Origin: Phoronis australis
Taxonomy: Eukaryota; Animalia; Phoronida
Reading direction: 5' to 3'
DNA: 64,000 nt
Assembly: GCA_002633005.1 (NCBI GenBank)
Contig: NMRA01000075.1
Span: 127,615 to 191,614 of the forward strand
Shown: positions 49,601 through 64,000 of the stretch, in pieces
Numbering within the stretch: the stretch's first letter is position 1
How the letters are laid out: each line of letters opens with the position of its first letter
Notes under the pieces: model-generated
Databases searched by the model: none
The model's input: only the letters and a program-made list of their open reading frames with translations
What the model was told of the DNA's origin: nothing
Position numbers and translations under genes: made by a program

Positions 49601-52600
49601 TAATGGCTCAATCCAGTTCTATATTGTAAAATTATTGCCTGTCGAACACAGAGTAGATGTCTCGCAGTCACGAATAATGCAATGTCACTTACCAGATACC
49701 TTGCTACACACAGATGTTATCGGCGCAGTACCTGCAGTGGATTCTCATCGCAACTGCAACCTCACAAAAGTTTCGTCCATCTTTTCTTTCATTACACTGA
49801 CAAGAAATACAGTCTCACTCAGACTTCCCAATCAAATGTAGACAATTTTTTTTTATTTTCACAAATTTTCAAACGAAGAATCTAACACAAACTGAAATTT
49901 TTCATGTACATCTGTTATGAACTCGGTCATCTTATGATCATCATTGTACATGTCCCCAGCTTACTTGTTTGTTTATGTAATTATTTGATTTCATTTTAGC
50001 ACTTTAGTTATTGACTTGTTAACATATTGACTTATGCATCTATTTAATATTAAACTAATTGTCAGATATTACAAACATGCCATGTAGGACGACCCTTGAT
50101 GGAAATAACTAACTATCCGTGCATCGAGTGTCTTTTTAGTTTATATTTATGGCCTTATGTGCTACCCTAATTTTTAGTTTATGTCGTGCAGTGTTGCATT
50201 ATATTTTATTGTGTTAGATTATGTCAATTTTGAAGTCAAACCAATCTTAAATAAATTAATCAACCAAACCTCCGCGAACTTAGTTCAACGCTCTGCTGTC
50301 AAAACTAAATACCACTCGATGAATGGCAGAGCAAATTCAGCAAAGTAACCGGCCTTGAGTTCAACGAATGTAAGACAACGGGGGAATTGGCGATGTGTAT
50401 TAAAATCACAAAAATGCAACATATTTTGTTGTTTAGTAAGTAGCCCCCATTCCACAATGGTGCCCCAAATGCGGTTTTCGGATACGAAACCGATAGCGTA
50501 TTTCGATACTGTTTAGGTGTCGTTGTCAACCGATGCGACAGTGGGGTTTCAAAACATTGCCACACCTATCCGATTCTGAATTGATGGGTAATGAGCCAGC
50601 AACTAAGTCGCAGGCGATCGGGCGCCACTTCCGAATTCGCAGTTTAAAGTTGGCCATAACCCCAACAAACTCTGAAGAGTTTTCTTGAGTTGCTGATGGT
50701 CTCGACGTTCTTGCTGGCAACGAAAATAGAAACATATCGCGGCAAGGGATACTCACCTATTTTTATAAGAGTTAAATTTCTAATTTGATTTGCACTTTTC
50801 CTTGGCTCAACGGGATAAATGGAGCTTTTTCTTTGCACATGTAATTATCATATTGTGAATGTTTTGCCAACTACGTTTTCAGCTGAAATGAATTCACGAA
50901 ACGGTTCCGCTATTGGTGTGATAAATGCATATGGCCACAGTATGAATCATATCTTGCATACCCTGACAAATTTTCTGAGTCACCGTGAAAAATGGTCAGG
51001 ACCAACTTGTTAAATACCCCAGGGTCTGTCATCCCGGCGAAAGTGTCGAAGTGAGCTGCTGTGCCGCAGGGCGAAACCTACAGTGATATTTTGTTTTTAG
51101 AGCTTCAGTAAATAACAATAAACAAAACCGGTCCTAAGCTAAAATCACAATAATTCAGTTTTGGAAACGATAGCCAGTGGAGTAAATCCGTGAAGTAAAT
51201 CAATGCGCTTTATATCACGCCTTGTTAGCCTGGGGCAAGGTTACCATGTAGGATAATCTGTGTCAGCTTGCTTGGTTTCTTACAAAATTTTAAGCTTTTT
51301 TGTGGAAACACTGCGTCAGTCACTATCATTGTCGGCGAACGTGGGAGTACGACCTGGACCTGCGTGAACAAAATTTGTCATGGCGCATGCTCCTGCGGAA
51401 TGATGTTCAGGTTGGGAATTTGAAATCCTTGTGTATATATTCCTGGACCGGCTACAAGGCAACAGTCTCCCCTGTCCGCAGAGAGACAGTCGGGGTACAC
51501 ACAAGGGACAAGGTAGGGTCTTGACAGTTTTGAACTTTAACAAATTGGATCTTAAAATTTACTCAAAAAGCAAGCAAGCGTTTCAAAGATTGTTTTCGGT
51601 TGATGAGCGATGTCATTTTGTCAACGGTGACGTCGTTCAACTATTTTCTAATAGTTTTATATCAGTAATTAATTTTTAAGGTACCGAGGAGGAAATGGTT
51701 GGATAGAATAGCTCGTGACTACCAATACCCGAAGTATTGATAATTTCTAAAAGTGCAGGTACGTTTGGTGCCTGTAAGCTAAAGGTAATACGTCGCCATC
51801 TGATCGTAGTCTTCTTGGCCGGTTACACATTTTATTTTTGATTGCTAAATGTAACTTTTTAAAATTTCATCTGCTCCTCATTTTTACAGTTAAAAATGCC
51901 ATGTCCTAAGCACAGCCCCTCAACAAATTATTTTCTTTTGTTTATTTCTTCATCGTGGTTGAACAAATGTTACTCTTTCAGTTTGCGCCCATAGCCACAG
52001 CTACGTTTTCGTCATATTCCAGCTTTATTTGTCTTGTAATACTTTTGAACTTATGTCGTCCATGGACATCACCAGATCAAAGGCTGGGGGGAGGGGGCAG
52101 GCAGTGTCCGTGAGTTTTATGACAATGTAGGCTACGCCTTGATTAGCATATTAAGTTATTTGGTTAGAAATAGCACACCACCATAGTATGAAATATGGCA
52201 GAGAAACAAAGGACCTATGACCGGTGGCAACGTGAACCCCTCCGTTAACTGCTCTGCCAGATTATCTCATAGGGTATCTTTTCTGGGCTGTTGATCTGTT
52301 GTATTATGTATAGCCTGTGATCTCAACTGACGGCGCAAGTCAGTGTTGATGGAATGTGTATTAAATCTAAACTTGAAATAATTAATTCTGTACTGCTTTG
52401 TAAAATATTAAATGAGCCAGTATTTTGTGAAATTACACCATGAAATTGCAATTCTTAAGATTCTAGTCTGTTTTTCGTCATCATAGTCTATACTTTGAGC
52501 TTGCAGACAAATCTTATTCTTTCCTATCTGTACAAATGAGTGTTTTCATTTACTCTGTAATTATAATTAAATAAATATGATTTTGTAAAATTCTGAGATT

Positions 52601-55600
52601 CCCTAGAAGAAATAAATTTTGATCTTTCAAGTTTTTTGTTTCACAGACAGAAGTGATTTGATTTTTTAATTTGATACCGTTATTCACTGTAATCTGTTCA
52701 CTGGCAGATGGCTCAAATTTTGTGAAACCAAAAAATTCCTAAAAATTCTGGCTGTGCTCATGTTCATGGTGAGTATTTGGTAACAATGACAACTGTAATT
52801 TAATATTTCACTGAAAATTTAGAAAAGCCATTCATGAGTGAAAATACCATTCTCTCACAGAATGCGAAACTATTTGTTTTCTGAGAAGTATCAATTACCC
52901 AAAATTTTCTGCAATTCTATGCCTTCCGACCATACTTTTTTGCCATTTGCACCCTGTTGTTGTTTCTGCTGTGTCATAAATCACTTAAAATGATACCTGA
53001 AACTATTTTAGCCTACCACCAACCTGGGAATGTGGTCTTAATGTTCAAGTCTCAACTGTGAAAGCCATCTAGACAATTGAACATGTAACACCTCATTTAT
53101 AAGATTTACCATACTGATTTGGACAAAACAGTAGGCCACATAGAGTTATGTTGGTTGAAAGAAAACTCGTATGGTCATTAGAGAGAGAATATCTTGAAAC
53201 CAGCACACCTCAAAACCTGCTTTGAAATGCAGTTTTGTTTGGAGAGTATAACAGAACTGGGCTGTAGCATTTGTGTTTCGGTAATCATTCACAAACACTA
53301 CTTAATATCCACAATTCATTCTGAATGGACTGTATGCTTAATTTACCTTATCTTGTGAATTGTATGTTTTGGCAGCCATTCAAATCATGATGAGCAAAAA
53401 TCACATTCTGCCATTTGAATAAAATAATTATCTTTTCTACACATTCTATCACATATAGACTTAAGACCACCAGTGGATATGAATTCACTGGCTGATTCAT
53501 TATTGAAATTAGTTAAATTTTCCAAATATGGTCTGGTCTGGTAAACCCAGGGAACAATTGATTAAACATAATGAATGCATAGTCCCATTACAAAATGTTT
53601 GCAATTATAATTCTTTATGGTTCTTCAGGCTTTCATTGGATTGATTAAAATTGACAGGACATGTGAACATGTAAATTAGATTAGCTGTTTTAATTATAGT
53701 TTATTTTCTCCAAAATGAGTATATATACTATCTAACTGAGATCTGCTCAATGGTAATAGAAACCTGTATTTTGTACATTGCAGTCTCTGGCGTTGTACAG
53801 GGTTTAGTACTGATAGTCCCTCAGTTGATATTCTTTAATTAATACACAGAGCAATGAGTAGACATTATCAGGAAGGTGGAGATAATACTGAAAGTTAAGC
53901 CTAACAAAGCTCCTAAGAAAATGTCTATTTCAGTGTTGTTGTGATGGCAATTTTTGTTAACCAGATGATGAATGGAGCAGTTCTGTAAAAGTTGGTACCT
54001 AAAAACACAATTATTGCACTACCATTTTCCACACATTTTGCTAGTTGCAGAATTGAAGGAAGCCTTGCTGTGTCAGTTGATAACTAGAAGTTTTCAATTA
54101 GTGCTATCCTTTGCAGACCAATTTCATAATTAGTATATCAAATTTCATTGACTCTTTTCAGGCAAAAACCACTTTTGGAAAGTTATAGGGGCCAAAATCA
54201 CTAGCCATTGAATCTGTTAAAATATGCCATCAACTCCCTGTAATGTGTTGACTGCTTACAGAGGCAGCTCCATTATGTCATAATTTCCAATTATAACCCA
54301 ACCACTAACTACTGTCAAATTATGCTGTTCAATTTCTCATTGGCCAGATTTAGCGCTAAAACCAACAGAGATGGTGTCATATGTCACTATTTTCTGACCT
54401 TTTGGCTACAGGGTATTAGGATACTATAATTCCCCCCACAGAATTGTTGGTACTGGGTTCTCGTGTATCTTTCTGAAGCTCCGAGACAGGTGCATGCCTG
54501 TCAATCAAGTAGTTTTACTGCTGCTCAAGCAGTTCATTTGATAGCTATGCCTCCATCTTTATATTATTGCCTTCTTTACGACTACACCAACACAGAGCTG
54601 TTCAAAGTTGACAAAGAACAATTTTGGGAATGTGATTCATCTATTATTCTCAACACTAAACAATTTTACTTGAATTTTACCAGTGAATGTCTTTCTCTGT
54701 ACTTTCCTTAAAGGAAAAATACCCAACTTTCACATTGAAAAATATGAGTTGGTAAGTTGTACCTCTGAAAGACAAATTGCTTTTGACCAGTGCAACAGGT
54801 CACCTAACGATGTTTTCTATAAATAAAGGCTACCTGGTAATTTGTAGGATGACATCATTCCCAGACAGGAAACTGAGACAAACACAGTGAGAAAAAGTGT
54901 GTGTTGGTCCAGTTGTCTCTGGAATTGACTGCCACTGTTTTGCAGTGACCAACATAACAACAATAGTGTTTGTTTTGCACTTGGATTCTGGGATTTTCTG
55001 AGAATGATGTCAACAGCTTGTCCGATATTTGGATGCAGAGGTCATGATGTCATAAACTAGAAGGTGCAATGTGCTTTTGATACAATGACTAGTTTAAAGA
55101 TCTTGAATACTTGAAAAATAAAAAGTTTGACAGTATACTTTTATAAGATTTTTTGTGTTTTCCCTTTTGCAAACCAGAATATCAGTGTAGTCAGGAACAT
55201 TAACACGACATTTTCTGAATAGAATGTGAGTGACTGTGAAATCCTCTGTGAAAAGAAATAAAATTGTTCTCTTTGTCTTCTCCATTGTAATTGGAACATT
55301 AAAAATGACTACAAACCAGCCTTCCATGACAAAATCAACCTCTGATTTAGACCACTTACCGTTATGAAATTGGTCTCAATAGGTAAATTTAAGACAATTT
55401 TATGACTTTGTAAGAACTGAAAGTTTGCTCTACAAATCCACTTGTCACGGCGTGTCATTTTATGCAGCAAACAAGGTTTCAATGAAGTGCCAGTTCATAG
55501 TAAACCCAGAAATCACTTCTTATCTGAGTAAGGAACATGTGGAGACCAATTATAAGCAGTTAAGAGGTTTGAATGGAAAGTTCTTGTTTGGACAGAGCAT

Positions 55601-56649
55601 CCGGATAGTTGCTGCTTTTTCAAACTGTGGTTCAAGCCAATGATATATTCTAATCATGTGAATTAACTGGTATCTGCATGAAAACTACCACAGTTTAGGT
55701 GTGTACTAACCACGCAACATGTATTGGTTTCTATTTAGGTGTTCAATTTGTCCATATAACACGAATTTGCCTAACTTCTGTAACAATATTAGGAAAAATT
55801 ATCTAATTATAACTCACATGTTTCTAGTTGGTATATGTGGGAAATCATACACCCATGAGAAAGTTTTCTTAACAAACACCCGAGAGAAAGAAAAATGGAC
55901 TTTTGCTCAGAATAACAATGCCCATTTCATTTCTAATGCAAGCTAAACAAATTAAAAATATTATTCCATCACAATCTTGTTTGATCTACTTCTTTAGCGT
56001 AGCATTTAAACATAAAATGTTCAATGCTTTTGAATGCCTAAAGTTCTTTGGCAAATTCTGTAATCCCCCTGAGGCAATGGCCAGTGTGTTCTGGTATATT
56101 GGGGCTAGTTCATGATGAACTGGTTGTGGCATGTCTCTAGTCATAATCTGAATAACATGAGGAAAATAAAATAAAATAAATGTACTATTCCAAGTTTTAA
56201 TTAAATGCCCGCTAAATTCTTTGGTCACTAACATTTGTTTTGAAGTACTTTTATTAATAAAATAAAGTTGGGGCCTGCTCCGTATTTTAATCGCCAACTT
56301 TGATCATTGTCGACTAGCAATAAGGTTTTTAGTGAATGATTACATTCAAAGCTGTAGGGAATGTCTTTGGCATTTTAAATTTAGAATTAATTCAGTGTGA
56401 GAGTGGTAGTTTTACTGACCATATGGCGTGTCAGTGCTTAGAACTAACCTTTGATTGATGCTAACAGAACTAGGACAGATGCATACATCTGCTGCAGCAG
56501 AGGGCCGTTGATGGTGTTGCAATGAATGACAAGGTATTGCAGAGAGAAAACACAAAACCCAGTGGTGAAAGAAAAAGGGACAACGTTGATTTTGAAGTGC
56601 CATCTTGGTTGTTTTAATGTGCGAGAGAACTGTATGGATATTTTGGAGA

Positions 56650-59333
56650 CAAATGCATACCAAAATTATCATTTTGTTATTTTATTTATATGTTAAATTG
56701 AATACTGGCAAGTTTTTCTTATCAGCGCTGTACGAAACTTGAGAATTTTAGAGTGAACTTTTCGTAAGTTCTAAAGATTATATTCTACTCCTCTGCCTCA
56801 CTGTGAGCTAAAGAGTGTAGAATTTTACTTACAAGCACACATGAAGCATGTTACCACTGAATCTCCATGAAAACTCACCCACAGTGGCAAACATGTAGAG
56901 GAGCTTGATTTAAGCAAAATATATGTGATGTGGCTTAATGAGGTTTAATCACCAAAGCAAATTAGAAATTAGATGTAGATTGCACATAGTGTGAGAATGA
57001 TCTCCAATTTCTGGGAGATTGTTAACATAAGAACATAGATTTTTAGTATTTAAAGAGTCACTTCGCTGTTGATTAGCTGCCAATGCTGGAATGCCTAGCC
57101 AATGCACTTAGGGATTTAAAGTTACTGCCACTCTTATCCAATTGGGCAACTAAGTGCCTGTCAGCGCCATTTTTGAATTGTAATTTTAGCATTGACTAAC
57201 CCACAGTAAGCTCTAAAGTATTTTCTTGAGACTTAGATGGTTTTTATATTCTTGTTGATGATAATCAAGTCCCGTCACTGTGAAGAATATAATGAGATCC
57301 ATTTTGGGAGCTTGAGTTCTTTCATTATTTTTGGCAGCTGAAGGATGAGCAAATCCAATTTTAACATTAGGAACGAAAAATAACATAGTGTCAGTAAAAC
57401 TTTCTTCATACAGTCTGAACTGTTTCACATGGAAGTTTGAATTGACTGAATTTTAGGATCTTGATTTTCAAATCTTCATCCACCTAATGCATGGCCTGAC
57501 TGTACTATACATATTGGTAGCTGGGTATGCACAGTTTCAACACCAAAGATTAGATCACCATAAGTCTTGCAGCCTATTCTTGTGATATTGTATGTTTGCA
57601 GTTACAGTTTAAGGTTAAAAACCTACATGTATGCTATATCCGCCACTGGTTAAAGGCATCCATGTACTTATAGATTTGCCCTGAGGACATTTTTTTCTGT
57701 TATAAATCACCCAGTCTACAGACAGTACCCCCTACTGTCTGCATGGGTATCTAGTCCTGATAGAAATGACAACAACAAAAGCTGAGGTCCTTGTATTACT
57801 GTAAAACTGTGTACTGGTATTTCACAGTCTTCTGAGCACAACACACTTTCTGACTTGTGCAGTAATCTGTCTGAGTTCAGCCTTGTTTATTTTAAGCATT
57901 TCATGAGCATTGAATATACTCACTTGCAGGGATTCATGAAATTAATACCTTGGTATTGAAATGAGGGTTTTTGTGAATACAGAGTGACTCGNCAAATGCA
58001 TACCAAAATTATCATTTTGTTATTTTATTTATATGTTAAATTGAATACTGGCAAGTTTTTCTTATCAGCGCTGTACGAAACTTGAGAATTTTAGAGTGAA
58101 CTTTTCGTAAGTTCTAAAGATTATATTCTACTCCTCTGCCTCACTGTGAGCTAAAGAGTGTAGAATTTTACTTACAAGCACACATGAAGCATGTTACCAC
58201 TGAATCTCCATGAAAACTCACCCACAGTGGCAAACATGTAGAGGAGCTTGATTTAAGCAAAATATATGTGATGTGGCTTAATGAGGTTTAATCACCAAAG
58301 CAAATTAGAAATTAGATGTAGATTGCACATAGTGTGAGAATGATCTCCAATTTCTGGGAGATTGTTAACATAAGAACATAGATTTTTAGTATTTAAAGAG
58401 TCACTTCGCTGTTGATTAGCTGCCAATGCTGGAATGCCTAGCCAATGCACTTAGGGATTTAAAGTTACTGCCACTCTTATCCAATTGGGCAAATAAGTGC
58501 CTGTCAGCGCCATTTTTGAATTGTAATTTTAGCATTGACTAACCCACAGTAAGCTCTAAAGTATTTTCTTGAGACTTAGATGGTTTTTATATTCTTGTTG
58601 ATGATAATCAAGTCCCGTCACTGTGAAGGATATTATGAGATCCATTTTGGGAGCTTGAGTTCTTTCATTATTTTTGGCAGCTGAAGGATGAGCAAATACA
58701 ATTTTAACATTAGGAACGAAAAATAACATAGTGTCAGTAAAACTTCTTCATACAGTCTGAACTGTTTCACATGGAAGTTTGAATTGACTGAATTTTAGGG
58801 TCTTGATTTTCAAATCTTCATCCACCTAATGCATGACCTGGCTGTACTATACATATTGGTAGCTGGGTATGCACAGTTTCAACACCAAAGATTAGATCAC
58901 CATAAGCCTTGCAGCCTATTCTTGTGATATTGTATGTTTGCACTTATAGTTTAAGGTTAAAAACCTACATGTATGCTATATCCGCCACTGGTTAAAGGCA
59001 TCCATGTACTTATAGATTTGCCCCGAGGACATTTTTTTCTGTTATAAATCACCCAGTCTACAGACAGTACCCCCTACTGTCTGCATGGGTATCTAGTCCT
59101 GATAGAAATGACAACAACAAAAGCAGAGGTCCTTGTATTACTGTAAAACTGTGTACTGGTATTTCACAGTCTTCTGAGCACAACACACTTTCTGACTTGT
59201 GCAGTAATCTGTCTGAGTTCAGCCTTGTTTATTTTAAGCATTTCATGAGCACTGAATATACTCACTTGCAGGGATTCGTGAAATTAATACCTGGGTATTG
59301 AAATGAGGGTTTTTGTGAATACAGAGTGACTCG
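56650..59333. repeat. 1.34 kb near-identical direct duplication around a single N (57992)
   Basis: 56650-57991 is repeated at 57993-59333 with scattered SNPs; probable artefact. Confidence 0.88.
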
Positions 59334-62300
59334 ATGAGACACTGCCTCTTTTTGATAAAATGTCATGGTTGTTGTTGTTTTTGATACATCAGCCTTTTAG
59401 TATTCGGTGTCATATCAGGGTGCACAATTGTTAAAACTGGTAAGTTTCATAAAACTAAAATGAAATAATATCTTAGAAAACTGTAACAGCGTCTTGAGAT
59501 CTCATCTTGAATGCCTGTTTCAAATAAGTTTTGATCATGTAATTAGCACCGTTGTTTTGCTATGAATGCACCTCATCTTGCTCTTTTGATACATTTTACT
59601 GTTTGTCTTGTAACTCTGACTTTTTAAACATGGCTTAAGATTTTAAACATAGCTCAGGGCTTTTCAGACATGGTCCAGGATTTCCAAACATGCCCCCCAA
59701 CTCAAAATTCTATGAGAGGTACAGCACCCTCACTTTTGAATTTGAAGAAGCCACATAAGTTCAAGATCCTGAGCACAATAAAAAATCAAGCCTGGACTTA
59801 AAACTTTCTCTGTTTTTTGCAGCCATCCACAGTGGACAACAAAAAGTGTCGAGGACTTTTAGGATTGGATTTTTACCACTCATGGACTTATAGGACTGGA
59901 TTATAGCCACTTAATTAAATCATGAGATGGACACAAAGATTCTGTTCTGCTGGATTAGTTATCACTCTGTGAAAGAGAACTTGATTAATCAACAGAGACT
60001 GGATGAAATGTGAAAGTGACCCCTACAGCAGAAGAAAATGTACAAAATAGACAAGCTACTCATACTTTTATTTTGGTTTTGCGTACATGTTACAGTTCAA
60101 GCCAACTGGTGGTGAGTACATTTTGCCGTCATGGTAAATCTGGTAATGATTCTGAGGTACTGAACATTCGATCCTACTTCATGTACGGTAATAGGTCAGT
60201 AAAACAAGACTGTCCTCAAGAATCATGAATGTAATTTGAAACAAGTAAGAAAGAGACTTAAATCAGTGTGGTCTGTCTTCATTTAAAGATGGGTAAGTTC
60301 TCCTTATGAAAGGAATCAAGACACCACATAATTAATCGATCATTTTTTGATAACATTATCAAATGTTTTCTACTATCTTTATTAACTATCATCACCCCAA
60401 AATTTGTAATAAATAATTTTCAGCCAGTTCGAAATTGAAGTTTTGTTGTAGTTTTAGGCTCAAACATGCATGCACCTGACTATTTATACCTTAATGGTTA
60501 TCAAAAACGTTCACAAAACGGTACATACCTACCGAGACATGTGTTAACAAATAGTGTTTGATTTAGCTAGAACACAACGAACCAATAACATTAGAGGCAT
60601 TATTCCTAATTGTACGATCCTATTACAACTTGTTATGGGCGCCACTGTTCTGGTACTCGTGTTTCAAAAACTTGCAACACTTAGACGTTCTGAGTGAATG
60701 TTGATTAAAGCAAATTGTCTGGATATTATTTTCTTAAGGGCATACATCATTTATGACTTGCTACAAAAAGGAACAGGTCAATCATAATTACTCCTGTACT
60801 CTTTCAAGTACAGTGTTTTTGAAGGCTGCATGGTATGAAATAGTACAGTTCCTGAACCTCACAGTCCAGTATTGACTTTTATAGATAAGACCATCATTGA
60901 CCAGTGTTGTTTGAATAAATTATAAAATTTATGCATCCTGGTAATTAATGATAGAAATGGATCGACAGCTGGGCAATTACTGTGAGGAACATGTTATATA
61001 CTTAGGCCTACTATGTACAGTGCTATAATGCAAGGGTTAATGATGTTGACAAATGTAGTCACTAGTCAAAACTAGGTAAATGATGGTTTTAAGTACTTTA
61101 AGTTTATACACAGTTGCCAACATTCGAAAATGAAAAGCAACGTTTGGATCTAGGCCATAGCTCAAAAGGCAAATACATTCTAGAAACAGGTTCTTAGGAA
61201 ATAGGAGCTCCATCATGCGTACAACTACAATTATGTACAGCAATGTATCAATTTCAACATGTGTAGCAAAAGGTGGGACATTTTGTTTGGTGGGATGCTG
61301 GACAATATCTTTCAAAAGAAACAAATGGATGGTACCTCCTGAAGCTGAACAGTTGGCAAACACGATTATGTAGTAGGACCCTAAAATAATGTGCAAACTT
61401 GGATAACTTTGGAAACTATCTCAGAAGTGGCTCACTGGATTCACATGAAGCTTTCACATATTATACTTTATGCATTGTTCTCCAAACATGGTTAAATTTC
61501 ATTTTCATGTGACCATGTAATTGTTACCATTATTCTGCCATGAATGCACCTTTCATTTTTGCTAAATTTTACTGAAGACATGATCATGTGATGCAAGTAA
61601 TGACAGATTAATACAAAGATAAAAATTAGTCTCCAGGCTTTCTACTTTCAGAGAATATATACTTTTTGAGTTAGAAATCTATAGCTCAATTGTAGATACT
61701 TGGCTAAATGGTCAGACTTGTCGATAAGTTCCAATATAACCTTAAAGGAGTTCTATCAGATTTATTACAAGTAATTTAACCATTTATAATACTTATTAGT
61801 AAAAAATTAATATATTCATTTATTTATTTATTTAGCATTGTGATATTTAAAAGGAGGGTGGCCTCTTCAGTGATAGCACTGCTTTCCAAGAGGGCCCTCA
61901 ATCACCTCCGTGAACAGAGCTTAAAACCACAGTTATTGCACTGGAATTTAAGAAGGCAAATATCCTGATGGATTAGGGGACATATGATAAAAATGTAGAC
62001 CAGCTATCAGATGGGCATTCATATACTTTTTGAGGCTGCAATGCCATGTGCACCCTGTATAAGGGTGACTTGACGGGCAGCTAAAATGTATGACAAAAAT
62101 ACTTCGATAGGGAATGGGCAGCAAGATGGTTATCATTGTGGGTCTTGCTTGAGGTGAAAGATAATACAGTGGTCATTAGGTTTTAAGTAGCCAAGGGCCA
62201 CTTCTGTCTAAACAAATATCTGCACATTGTCCCTTTAGCCCTCAGCAAAGTCTTCTGTCTGTGGTTTGTATGGGACGTTCATAACAGCCAAAGCAACCTC

Positions 62301-64000
62301 AGCAAACACTCCTTGTCACGGCGCTCAACACATACTACTTGAAATTTTAGTCTCTTCATTTTTGACTCTATTGATGAAAAGTTACAGGTAAATTTGTTAA
62401 GGCGATACACGACCTTTTGTTTGTAAGTGCCAAACTGTCTGATGTGCCAGGTTGGGTCTATGCACGCTTTGAAACTTGATACCGCGTGTCAGTGAATGGA
62501 GGGATTTTATGCTATTTAATACCTTCCTAACTATGAATGCTCACTTAAAAAGTGTTTACAAGTTGATAAAAAGATTTTATGGTGTTAAAGGGCCTCAAAG
62601 GTGATTTTTGAAGTTAATAATGTGATCACTGTATTGTAAATGTTAGTGCCAGGATAATGCAGCTGGAATGAGAAAGTGTATTTAAGTCAATAAAGTATGC
62701 AGTTTGCCTATTATTCTGTTAAGATATATATTATTCGAATTTAAATTGACTTTTGTCATTTCTTAGCGAAAAGTTTATGATTAGCACACTCGTTTGAATA
62801 TAGCCTAACGTACCTGTAAACACCACGTTCATAGTAAAGTTTCAATTACAGTGTCACTTGTCTGAGTGGAACTGGAACAATCCAGTCTACTTTTTCCTTT
62901 AACACTGAAAGAAGTTCTCAACGCCGCCATTTGTTAACTCAAACTGTTTTTCATTGACTGAGGTTTCATTCATAAGTACACAGATTTCATACTACAATGA
63001 AAATTACTGTCTGTTGAAGACAGTTAATCAATTGATACAGCCATGGTGTGATCAAACATCATATTTGCCAGGTGGGCTCCTGCCCTGTCTATCAAGGCAC
63101 CAATGGGCATCCTTTGAATCTATGCCCAATTTATTTGTTATTTTTCTTAATCAGTCTGCCAATCAGTAGCCAGGGGTTGTAGGTAGATGCATGTTATTCC
63201 ATAACATTAGCTACTGGTCTTTAGAAGGAGTTGATGAATTCACCTGTGAATAGCCTTTGGCTATGAAAATATTTGTTTTTAATTTTAAACTGAAATCGTG
63301 GATTGATTGGTCTGTTCTGAACAAGAAAACACAGAAGTCAAACATTTGTGGTTTCCGTGGTGAGACACGTGGAAAAAGTTAATGGTTAATGAAAAGAACA
63401 AGACCACACTGAATACAAATGTCACTGGCCATTCATGATGAGAGTGATTTGGCTTTGTAGGTAATGCCAACAAAATCCCGAAACACTAATATGCTGAATA
63501 CCTAGATCTAAGTGAGAAAGTGTGAATGGTCACTCACGAATTTATAAGACACACATTGGTTACTTAAATGGATTTACAGTAATATTCAATATTTAAAGTT
63601 GAATACTCTTTGATGCATTATGTACAAGCTGAAGAATTCATTATGACAACTCCCAAAAGATGTAGTTCTCAAAATAACCCAACATTCTAAAGCCTACATG
63701 TCATAAAGCCCTTGTTTTAACCTAGCCATATAAAACTGTTTTTCTAAATGTCTCCAATTAAGAAGCGTCTAATATTTGTTTAACTGTGACTACAAATGCC
63801 TGTAACTTATCCTTGAAGATCCAAGTTCTTGTTTGTGTTCTCACTGCCATAGGTGTTTTAGCAAAGTACAACAGGTATCAGTGGAGCACTTGTTGCTCTT
63901 TTCATATATTGATTCTCAACGAGGACCAATTGGTAACAATAAGCTGTTACAAGTGCTTTTAAATGTGAATGAAAGTGGTTTGAGAGGTTTTTGGAGAGGA

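Noticed and set aside
51300-51524. 74-aa ORF ending near a splice donor
   Set aside because: No recognisable similarity and no downstream in-phase exon found; it may be a UTR exon.
56650-59333. 1.34 kb tandem duplication
   Set aside because: The copies abut a single N and differ only by scattered SNPs, typical of unmerged allelic contig ends in a heterozygous assembly.

Overview
Eukaryotic, AT-rich, intron-containing animal genomic DNA from a draft scaffold, with N-gaps and single-N contig joins. It looks like an invertebrate deuterostome, but that is inference only. Four protein-coding loci were reconstructed by hand with consistent splice phases. (1) SKA1, a kinetochore gene on the - strand, 5 coding exons, 265 aa. 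(2) CFAP53/CCDC11, a cilia gene on the + strand, 8 coding exons, head-to-head with SKA1 across a short shared promoter carrying X-box-like, CRE and E2F/CHR-like motifs. (3) An intronless Arg/Ser/Lys-rich basic ORF of about 403 aa on the - strand. (4) A 4-exon type-I membrane protein of about 533 aa on the + strand, divergent from (3). Its first exon is missed by the ORF track. It has a signal peptide, a TSP1 repeat, roughly 25 copies of an 11-residue xxG[WYF][DN]xxxxx[WYF] aromatic repeat, a TM helix and an acidic tail. Locus (4) is the most unusual feature of the window. Also present: a tandem array of duplicated splice donors in CFAP53 intron 5, a THAP-bearing DNA transposon relic, an L1/Tx1-like fragment, inverted Penelope ends with degenerate hammerhead motifs, tRNA-derived heads, MITE-like elements and three assembly-artefact duplications. 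The last ~12 kb is CpG-poor sequence with no recognisable coding exon.
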